Source of the DNA: Macrostomum lignano
Taxonomy: Eukaryota
Assembly (NCBI GenBank): GCA_002269645.1
Contig: NIVC01002128.1
Span: forward strand, 62,001-126,000
Length of the DNA: 64,000 nt
Reading direction: 5' to 3'
Under the pieces are notes generated by a model. It ran no database searches and was not told the origin of the DNA. It saw only the letters and a list, made by a program, of their open reading frames with translations. The first letter of the stretch is position 1. The number at the start of each line of letters is the position of its first letter. This document shows, piece by piece, positions 12,071 through 22,856 of the stretch. Position numbers and translations under genes: made by a program.

Positions 12071-12471
12071 GATTGCTTGTCTGCGATCTTTTACGAGTAG
12101 TTTTAGCTACTTGCTTTCTTTTAGTCCTGTATTTTACTGTCCTCTACTGATGCTCCTTGTTTTGTGTTTGGAATTTTTTTCGTTCCTCCTCTAGTCTTGC
12201 ATTCTAAATATTGCTTGCTTTCTTAGTGTCTCTCTTTCCACCATGTTGGTCGTGGAAAGGTGTATGTGCGTCTGAAGTTAATGCGTTGGGTGGAGGGGCT
12301 GGAAGAGCTGCCGTGCGTGTGTGCTATTTAGTTGTTTAGTCCTTTCTCCGCTTTTGCTCTGTTTTTTCCTTAATATTTCTTCGACCATTTAATTTTTGGA
12401 GCAATAAATTACTTTCAAGTTTTTGTTTCGCACAGACGTTTTGCTTCTTGCCACCGCTGGTCTTACACCGA

Positions 12472-15400
12472 ACTACTAAGGGATTCCGAATGGCGCGATT
12501 TTGGAGGTGAGGTGGGTGTCAACCCTCCTCGCCTCTCATTGGCTGGCGCCCCGATCACTAGGTGATCGATACCCGTATCGATATCGGCGACTCGAACCCG
12601 CGACCCTCCCCAGCCGCAGGCGCACCTACCGATATTAGATCCCAATAAATCAATCAGATCCCAAATCAATCAGATCCCAAATCAATCAGATCCCAAGCGC
12701 ACCCTCCCGAGCCGCAGGCGCCCATGCAGCAGGCGCCCATGCCGCAGGCACCCCGAGTGTACACTCTCCCGATATGTGTGTACACCGATATGTAGTCATC
12801 GATACGGGCCTCTTCCCCTCTCTCACCTACATCTCAACTAGCGAAATCGAACCCAGGTCGCGCCCATACTAGGACACTACACGGTTGTGGGGTATAGGGA
12901 GCGAGAAGTTTCAACCCTAACGCTGACGCAGCCCTGTACAGTGAGAGTGTACGGGCAGAGAGGGGTGGGGCGGACAGAGAACCAGCCACTAGGTTGTTAT
13001 ACTGTTGAAGCATAGGGAGCGAGAAGTTTTAACCCCGATGCTGACGCAGCCCTGTACACTGAGCGTGTACGGGCAGAGGGTGGGTGGAAAGAGATGTGAA
13101 TAACACAGCCTGCTGCAGGAGCCGGATAGAGAGGCGCATGCTAGGACAGAGAGGTAGTGTGAGTCACACACACCCCACAGAGAAAGCCATACAGAGGATA
13201 GAGAGCTCCCTCCCCAGTTGCAGGGGACAGAGAGGCAGGCAGGGTATGCAGGGGCATGCGAACCGTCAAGGGGCCACGCGAGGATAGAGTGGAGGAGCAG
13301 AGATGTGTTTGGACAGAGAGCCAGCCACGTGTGCGTAGTGTGAGGGAACAGAAACATATGGAGCAGGAGGGAGATAGGAAGCAAACGCGCAGGGTAAGGG
13401 AGCCATGCAGCAGGGAGCAGTGTACAGTGAGACACGGGCAGGGGTGGAGCCGTGCGTGGACAGAGCTGAACGGCACGGTCAGCTGCAGGAATAGGATGAT
13501 AGAGAGGCGCGGAGGGGGACAGAGAGCAGTGTGCAGGGTAGGCAGCCACGCAGGCTGGGGAACAGAGAGGCGCGTGTCAGCCAGTTACAGCCCGGGACAG
13601 AGAAGTATGAAGGGGGGCCTGGGACAGAGAAGTATGAAGGGGGGCCTGGGACAGAGTTGCGAGCAAGGCACAGAGAGAGGTAGGGTCCGGTAGCTATGTA
13701 TAGGCAGGGACCCACGCGAGGGCAGGACAGGGCATGCAAGGCATGCAAATTACATGCAAGGGCAGTGAGGTGTGCGCGGAGGGAGACAGAGAGCAGTGTG
13801 TAGGGGTAGGTAACAGCAAACTTTAGTAGAGGCGCGTGCGGGGACGGAGAAACCAGTCTGAGCGTACAGAGACGTTACAGAGAGGTACACAAACAGAGAC
13901 CAAAGCGGGCAGAGCACGTGTAGGGACAGAGACGTGAGGGAGAATAGACCAAAACACGCTATGTATTTTCAAAAGTTGGTTTTAGTGCAGCATATTTAAT
14001 AGCGGGTAGTATAATAGTATGTACATAGTAGGTATAATGGTAGTAATAATAGTAAGTATATTAGCCCAAAAGGTAGGCTAAAACAGGCTAAACTGTGTGT
14101 ACGCATCCTCATCACCCCACAAGCCCCCTCTCCCGCCAGACTCACTCTTCCATACCCTCCTGTATTGCTGTATGAAGGAAAATATAGTGTAAAAATACAG
14201 ATCTTAACCGTCAGACCGCTGAAATCAGGGCACACTAGAGGGGTTTCGGGGTCTGCATGCTCTATGTAAGCTGTTTCAATTATGTTTTGAAAAAACTAGG
14301 GGCTTAAATACAACGTTTTATTCAAAAAGTAGGTTATTTTAATGAAATAGCTGACACAATCATTGTCGAGAGTAGAAATTTTTATAAGAAACCAGGCATT
14401 TTAGCAAAAATAAACCTTCAAACCACATAAAATTGAATAAAAAGCAGACATTTTCAATTATAAACCGCAAGTATTTTAATAGAAAAGTAAGCAAACAAGG
14501 CACAAAACCAGCAAATTTTACCTTTTTATTTTAATGTTACTGATAAGGTAGAGAGTAGAAACTTGTGAGCTGTACGGAGTTAGAAAGTATTAACCATTAT
14601 GTATCGTATGAATTATTAGTTCAGTACCAGCCATTGGTCAAGCGAGCATTTATGAAGTTATTACGAGTGATGAAGGGATAGAGAGCTATATACAGGAAGA
14701 CAGTATCCTTCTAAACCACCACGAACAGATTGCTAATAGAGATAAGCTTTGTCTGTGTGCAGTATGAGTAAGCGAAGGCGGGGCAAATACTTTTCCACAT
14801 GCCGGACAGAACAGTATTGTGCTAGGATTTCTCTCGAAATCACGGTACGTTACTAGTTTTTATCACACCATCCAGATGCGTCAACTAGTCAGCAGTAGTC
14901 ATTTATATGTTATTAGAACTTACAAACCCAGGTCAAGTAAATATTACAAAGAGTATATTACGTACACACGCCAACTCCGAATACCAAGCCATACTAGTCT
15001 ACTTGCAGTGCTCCTGGAGGGAAGGGACGGCGGGGTGTACACCCGGCAGGGTGGGCGTCCAGCGAGTGTACATCTGACAGGATGGGTGTTCAGCAAGTGT
15101 ACATCTGACAGGGTGGGCGTTCAGCAAGTGTACCTTCAGCGTCGAGTAGGTGTACACCCGTCAGTGGGGAACTCCACCCCTCCCACCAATGTCGTGTGCA
15201 TGCGGTTAGTCAGTATAGTGGTGGGGTAGACGGTGCAGGAAGGAAACCCAGATGCTGACGCTGCCCTGTACAGCGAGCAACCAGCCCCCTGTAGCAGGAG
15301 GGGGACAGAGAGTGCGTGGAGGCAGTAGGAGATAGAGGACGCTACCCGGCATGTCGCAGCACGCGGCGCGGGACAGAGGCAGTGTGTAAGTCACCCCCGC

Positions 15401-18400
15401 GGAGAGAGCTCCCCTGGCAGGAGGCGCGGGACAGAGAGGCGGTGAATCACACCCCACGGAGAGAGCCGTACAACGAGCTTCCCCACCCGAGTCCGGTAAA
15501 TATTACAGAGTATTACGTGCACACACCAGCCCTGAATACCAAGCCATACTAGTCTATCTGCAGTGCTCCCAGAGGGAAGGGATGGTCAGGAGTTACACAC
15601 CAAGAATGCATTCATACAAAGAGTACACAACTCGAGCCCAGACACCAAGTCACAGTCTACTTACAGTAGAGATGGTAGATTAATAGCAAGATTATATTAC
15701 AATTAGACCTCTCTAGCACATGAGGAGTGAAATTCAATAATAATTGAATTCAATAATAATACAACATTTAGACGTAGTAATTTAATTACAAAATACCACT
15801 AACACTGAGCCAACGAATTGTAGGTTACAAAGGAGTTGCCACTCATATGGAAAGCCAGTATAATGCAGGTGTGTATTATTAAAACATAGACAAAAACGAT
15901 GCAGACGTATATACACACTATTGATTTTGTACATGTACATTTCGGCATATTACCACACATCGCGGGCACATATTATATATCGGGGGATAGGTTAAAATAC
16001 ACACATCGTAGATGTAGAAGCAGACACAATGCAGGAAAATTATGATACGAGTGTACATATTAGTGCGTAAAAGTATCATATTATGACACCCTGTAGCACA
16101 TATTGACATAATGCAGGGGAAAATATTGACAGAAATAGTACACAATTGTAGAGGTAACAACCAGCCAACTAGTAAGGGCATCCAGCACTTGTTCAGGTTT
16201 TTTTTATTTCGAGACGAGTGTCATGCCCCCGCAAGAGATCTTATCAGAAATTTGTTGAACTCCACTGCAACTCTCCCCAGAGCCTCCAAATGGGAGTTTT
16301 AACACTTGAGGGGATCCCGCTCAATGTACAGTGCGGACGGAGAGGGGTAACAGAAAGCGCTGCATCAGACCGCGGAGCTGCATTCCTCCCCCGAGGTAGG
16401 CGCGTCAGCTCCCACTCCTCATTTAACCATCAAGTAAACTAAAGAAGTCAAGCAGAAAGCCTTACAATCACCCGCAACCAGCACAAGTAAGAGTACTTTC
16501 CACTAGAGAGCCATAGTGCAAGATTCGCGAGCCAAGTTGAAGAAGCACACCAAATTACACTAAAGACATATGTATTAAAAAGCATACCGGCACCTCTACA
16601 AAAACACAGTATGTACCGATTAAAGTTGCTTTTGGTGCAGTGTATTTAATAAAAAGCAGGTACCTAACACAAAAGTAGGCATCAATGCAGTGCACGGGCT
16701 AAACTGTATTTACAAACGCAGGGCAACGAACTACACACAATGTAGCGCATAGACATAATTGTACACATAAATGTACGCAATTTCCGGTATATAGGACCAA
16801 ATGTACGCAAATGTACACAATGTACACAAACACACACACACTCAGGCGTATTCACAGCAAGAGCTTCCTGCCGATGGCGCCATCGCCTGCGGCGATCGGT
16901 GCTGCAGGATGCGCTGCAGGATGCGCCTGAGTGTGTGTGTGTTTGTGTGCATTGTGTACATTTGCGTACATTTGGTCCTATATACCGGAGATTGCGTACA
17001 TTTATGTGTACAATTATGTCTATGCGCTACATTGTGTGTAGTTCGTTGCCCTGCGTTTGTAAATACAGTTTAGCCCGTGCACTGCATTGATGCCTACTTT
17101 TGTGTTAGGTACCTGCTTTTTATTAAATACACTGCACCAAAAGCAACTTTAATCGGTACATACTGTGTTTTTGTAGAGGTGCCGGTATGCTTTTTAATAC
17201 ATATGTCTTTAGTGTAATTTGGTGTGCTTCTTCAACTTGGCTCGCGAATCTTGCACTATGGCTCTCTAGTGGAAAGTACTCTTACTTGTGCTGGTTGCGG
17301 GTGATTGTAAGGCTTTCTGCTTGACTTCTTTAGTTTACTTGATGGTTAAATGAGGAGTGGGAGCTGACGCGCCTACCTCGGGGGAGGAATGCAGCTCCGC
17401 GGTCTGATGCAGCGCTTTCTGTTACCCCTCTCCGTCCGCACTGTACATTGAGCGGGATCCCCTCAAGTGTTAAAACTCCCATTTGGAGGCTCTGGGGAGA
17501 GTTGCAGTGGAGTTCAACAAATTTCTGATAAGATCTCTTGCGGGGGCATGACACTCGTCTCGAAATAAAAAAAACCTGAACAAGTGCTGGATGCCCTTAC
17601 TAGTTGGCTGGTTGTTACCTCTACAATTGTGTACTATTTCTGTCAATATTTTCCCCTGCATTATGTCAATATGTGCTACAGGGTGTCATAATATGATACT
17701 TTTACGCACTAATATGTACACTCGTATCATAATTTTCCTGCATTGTGTCTGCTTCTACATCTACGATGTGTGTATTTTAACCTATCCCCCGATATATAAT
17801 ATGTGCCCGCGATGTGTGGTAATATGCCGAAATGTACATGTACAAAATCAATAGTGTGTATATACGTCTGCATCGTTTTTGTCTATGTTTTAATAATACA
17901 CACCTGCATTATACTGGCTTTCCATATGAGTGGCAACTCCTTTGTAACCTACAATTCGTTGGCTCAGTGTTAGTGGTATTTTGTAATTAAATTACTACGT
18001 CTAAATGTTGTATTATTATTGAATTCAATTATTATTGAATTTCACTCCTCATGTGCTAGAGAGGTCTAATTGTAATATAATCTTGCTATTAATCTACCAT
18101 CTCTACTGTAAGTAGACTGTGACTTGGTGTCTGGGCTCGAGTTGTGTACTCTTTGTATGAATGCATTCTTGGTGTGTAACTCCTGACCATCCCTTCCCTC
18201 TGGGAGCACTGCAGATAGACTAGTATGGCTTGGTATTCAGGGCTGGTGTGTGCACGTAATACTCTGTAATATTTACCGGACTCGGGTGGGGAAGCTCGTT
18301 GTACGGCTCTCTCCGTGGGGTGTGATTCACCGCCTCTCTGTCCCGCGCCTCCTGCCAGGGGAGCTCTCTCCGCGGGGGTGACTTACACACTGCCTCTGTC

Positions 18401-21299
18401 CCGCGCCGCGTGCTGCGACATGCCGGGTAGCGTCCTCTATCTCCTACTGCCTCCACGCACTCTCTGTCCCCCTCCTGCTACAGGGGGCTGGTTGCTCGCT
18501 GTACAGGGCAGCGTCAGCATCTGGGTTTCCTTCCTGCACCGTCTACCCCACCACTATACTGACTAACCGCATGCACACGACATTGGTGGGAGGGGTGGAG
18601 TTCCCCACTGACGGGTGTACACCTACTCGACGCTGAAGGTACACTTGCTGAACGCCCACCCTGTCAGATGTACACTTGCTGAACACCCATCCTGTCAGAT
18701 GTACACTCGCTGGACGCCCACCCTGCCGGGTGTACACCCCGCCGTCCCTTCCCTCCAGGAGCACTGCAAGTAGACTAGTATGGCTTGGTATTCGGAGTTG
18801 GCGTGTGTACGTAATATACTCTTTGTAATATTTACTTGACCTGGGTTTGTAAGTTCTAATAACATATAAATGACTACTGCTGACTAGTTGACGCATCTGG
18901 ATGGTGTGATAAAAACTAGTAACGTACCGTGATTTCGAGAGAAATCCTAGCACAATACTGTTCTGTCCGGCATGTGGAAAAGTATTTGCCCCGCCTTCGC
19001 TTACTCATACTGCACACAGACAAAGCTTATCTCTATTAGCAATCTGTTCGTGGTGGTTTAGAAGGATACTGTCTTCCTGTATATAGCTCTCTATCCCTTC
19101 ATCACTCGTAATAACTTCATAAATGCTCGCTTGACCAATGGCTGGTACTGAACTAATAATTCATACGATACATAATGGTTAATACTTTCTAACTCCGTAC
19201 AGCTCACAAGTTTCTACTCTCTACCTTATCAGTAACATTAAAATAAAAAGGTAAAATTTGCTGGTTTTGTGCCTTGTTTGCTTACTTTTCTATTAAAATA
19301 CTTGCGGTTTATAATTGAAAATGTCTGCTTTTTATTCAATTTTATGTGGTTTGAAGGTTTATTTTTGCTAAAATGCCTGGTTTCTTATAAAAATTTCTAC
19401 TCTCGACAATGATTGTGTCAGCTATTTCATTAAAATAACCTACTTTTTGAATAAAACGTTGTATTTAAGCCCCTAGTTTTTTCAAAACATAATTGAAACA
19501 GCTTACATAGAGCATGCAGACCCCGAAACCCCTCTAGTGTGCCCTGATTTCAGCGGTCTGACGGTTAAGATCTGTATTTTTACACTATATTTTCCTTCAT
19601 ACAGCAATACAGGAGGGTATGGAAGAGTGAGTCTGGCGGGAGAGGGGGCTTGTGGGGTGATGAGGATGCGTACACACAGTTTAGCCTGTTTTAGCCTACC
19701 TTTTGGGCTAATATACTTACTATTATTACTACCATTATACCTACTATGTACATACTATTATACTACCCGCTATTAAATATGCTGCACTAAAACCAACTTT
19801 TGAAAATACATAGCGTGTTTTGGTCTATTCTCCCTCACGTCTCTGTCCCTACACGTGCTCTGCCCGCTTTGGTCTCTGTTTGTGTACCTCTCTGTAACGT
19901 CTCTGTACGCTCAGACTGGTTTCTCCGTCCCCGCACGCGCCTCTACTAAAGTTTGCTGTTACCTACCCCTACACACTGCTCTCTGTCTCCCTCCGCGCAC
20001 ACCTCACTGCCCTTGCATGTAATTTGCATGCCTTGCATGCCCTGTCCTGCCCTCGCGTGGGTCCCTGCCTATACATAGCTACCGGACCCTACCTCTCTCT
20101 GTGCCTTGCTCGCAACTCTGTCCCAGGCCCCCTTCATACTTCTCTGTCCCAGGCCCCCCTTCATACTTCTCTGTCCCGGGCTGTAACTGGCTGACACGCG
20201 CCTCTCTGTTCCCCAGCCTGCGTGGCTGCCTACCCTGCACACTGCTCTCTGTCCCCCTCCGCGCCTCTCTATCATCCTATTCCTGCAGCTGACCGTGCCG
20301 TTCAGCTCTGTCCACGCACGGCTCCACCCCTGCCCGTGTCTCACTGTACACTGCTCCCTGCTGCATGGCTCCCTTACCCTGCGCGTTTGCTTCCTATCTC
20401 CCTCCTGCTCCATATGTTTCTGTTCCCTCACACTACGCACACGTGGCTGGCTCTCTGTCCAAACACATCTCTGCTCCTCCACTCTATCCTCGCGTGGCCC
20501 CTTGACGGTTCGCATGCCCCTGCATACCCTGCCTGCCTCTCTGTCCCCTGCAACTGGGGAGGGAGCTCTCTATCCTCTGTATGGCTTTCTCTGTGGGGTG
20601 TGTGTGACTCACACTACCTCTCTGTCCTAGCATGCGCCTCTCTATCCGGCTCCTGCAGCAGGCTGTGTTATTCACATCTCTTTCCACCCACCCTCTGCCC
20701 GTACACGCTCAGTGTACAGGGCTGCGTCAGCATCGGGGTTAAAACTTCTCGCTCCCTATGCTTCAACAGTATAACAACCTAGTGGCTGGTTCTCTGTCCG
20801 CCCCACCCCTCTCTGCCCGTACACTCTCACTGTACAGGGCTGCGTCAGCGTTAGGGTTGAAACTTCTCGCTCCCTATACCCCACAACCGTGTAGTGTCCT
20901 AGTATGGGCGCGACCTGGGTTCGATTTCGCTAGTTGAGATGTAGGTGAGAGAGGGGAAGAGGCCCGTATCGATGACTACATATCGGTGTACACACATATC
21001 GGGAGAGTGTACACTCGGGGTGCCTGCGGCATGGGCGCCTGCTGCATGGGCGCCTGCGGCTCGGGAGGGTGCGCTTGGGATCTGATTGATTTGGGATCTG
21101 ATTGATTTGGGATCTGATTGATTTATTGGGATCTAATATCGGTAGGTGCGCCTGCGGCTGGGGAGGGTCGCGGGTTCGAGTCGCCGATATCGATACGGGT
21201 ATCGATCACCTAGTGATCGGGGCGCCAGCCAATGAGAGGCGAGGAGGGTTGACAACCACCTCACCTCCAAAATCGCGCCATTCGGAATCCCTTAGTAGT
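12472..21299. mobile_element. 8,828-bp palindromic (foldback) insertion with 6-bp TSD CACCGA
   Basis: Left arm 12472-16848 is the reverse complement of right arm 16924-21299; mirrored ORF coordinates sum to 33771/33772. The spacer is 16849-16923. CACCGA occurs at 12466-12471 and 21300-21305. Termini are ACTACTAAGGG...CCCTTAGTAGT. Confidence 0.92.
12637..12696. repeat. 16-bp subterminal tandem repeat (AGATCCCAAATCAATC) in palindrome arm, mirrored at about 21075-21134
   Basis: About three to four consecutive units are directly visible. Confidence 0.85.
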
Positions 21300-22775
21300 C
21301 ACCGAGCTTTATTTAATATGTCGAGCATGCCTATCATGCTTGTTCTGTATTTAATGAGTTTGCTGCTGCATGCTACTTTTCTATGTTTATTTAAAAAGAT
21401 GCGAAATCGCAATCTTTCAGTCAATTAAGCAGCTTCCGGAGACGACTTTAAAGCCTCTCTGTTGGCGTCAGGTTGATAAACCTTTTAAATTCGTTGCTTA
21501 AGCTATCTACGAGCTAAAACGTTTATGAATATTATACAAGCTTTAGTCTGTGCCCTAAATTCTTAATTCAGCTATGAATCTGTTTAAAATGACAGATTCT
21601 GCTTAAACTGTTTTCCAAGTTCAAAAAGTTTAGCCTAGCAAAATGGCCTTATTTTCGTAGAGCTGAAGCGAATTATACCTTGTTTGCTTCTTGAGCACTC
21701 TTTCTGTGTGAGCTCAAAATCGGCTACAATACGAGACCCCACTATAGTGGGGCCCTAAAACCCCTTTAAAAAACAGCTCTTTCATCTCTTTTCTTTCGAC
21801 CTATTTGAAAATGCTTCGTTTAATTGTTTTTAAATTTCTGTGTAAGCCTTAGTGAGAGAAAAAGCATTAGTGCACGCTAAGAGAACGCCTCTAGAATCCG
21901 TGCTTCTAATACTTTTTAATATATTTGTTGAGTATAAAGCAAGTCTTCCTTGCAACTGCGTCGTAAGGGCATTCAAACTGGGGGGGGGGAGCTTCCGTGC
22001 GCGGGTGCTCTTATGTCTAGTCTCCGCTTGTGCTCAATTTTTTTCTGTCGTTTTTTCTTCAACCTTTCGATGCTTAGCAACAATAAATTCGTTCGCAAGT
22101 TTTGCTTCGCGCAGAGGTTTTGTTTCCGGCCACCTCTGGTCTTTGCGCTTTTCCTTTCCCCGCGGTTTAAGTAAAATTGCACCGAGCTTTGATTATTGAG
22201 TCGGTTATGGCCATCATGTTTGTACTGCATTTGATTAGTTTTCTGCTGCATGCCACATTTCGACCTTTATTTAAAAGGATGAGAAGCCGCCATGTTTCAT
22301 TCAATAAAATATCCAGCTTCCAGAGACGACTTTAAAGCCTGTGTGTTGGTGTCAAGTTGATTAACCGTTTAAATTCATTGCTTAAGCTATCCACAACTTT
22401 ATGATGGTTGCACGGCTGTACTTTTACGACTGTGCTTTTAATTTAGCTATGAACCTGTTTAGAATTACGGATTCTACTCAAAACTATATTGTCAAAGTTC
22501 AAAAAGTTTAGCCATGCAAAATGGCCTCAGCTTCGTAGAGTGAACACGAATCATAGCCTGTTTGCTTCGTAAGCACTACTTGCGTTTGAGCGCAAACGAA
22601 TGCCTTGAAACCCATTTGAAAAAGGCTCTTTTATCTTTTTTATTCTACCAATTTGAAGATGCTTTGTTTAATGCTTTGTTAATTTCTGTGTAAACCCCGG
22701 TCAAGACCCGCTATGCGAGGCCTAGTAATAGCATCCATGTTTCTAATACTTTTTTAGTATAAAGCAACCCTTGTT
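21300..22775. repeat. Head-to-tail tandem duplication of an about 830-bp upstream region (copy A = 12290-12471 plus 21300-21950; copy B = 21975-22775)
   Basis: CACCGAGCTTT starts at both 21300 and 22180. Shared blocks include CAGCTTCC.GAGACGACTTTAAAGCC, GTTCAAAAAGTTTAGCC and GTATAAAGCAA. 12421-12465 aligns with 22100-22145. Confidence 0.85.
22758..22763 (+). promoter_or_regulatory. Possible TATA box of CUB receptor copy B
   Basis: TATAAA about 100 bp upstream of the ATG at 22857, also conserved in the duplicated copy at 21933. Confidence 0.35.
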
Positions 22776-22856
22776 GTGAGAAAATCTCTCAGAAACAAGT
22801 GCAGCAGAGTTTTCTTCCGATTTAGAAAAATCCAGAGAGTTCTGAAATATTTTGAT

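Noticed and set aside
12070-12420. 3' LTR or terminal repeat of the gag/YR element
   Set aside because: No similarity to 9965-10125; 12290 onward instead belongs to the duplicated upstream unit also seen at 21975.
12989-20782. Mirrored ORFs inside the palindrome as real genes
   Set aside because: Low-complexity translations with no recognisable motifs; they occur twice only because of the inverted symmetry.
12472-21299. Palindrome as a fold-back read or assembly artefact
   Set aside because: Different sequence continues on both sides, a 6-bp TSD is present, the arms differ at a few sites, and a paralogous empty site exists. An artefact is unlikely but should still be checked with raw reads.
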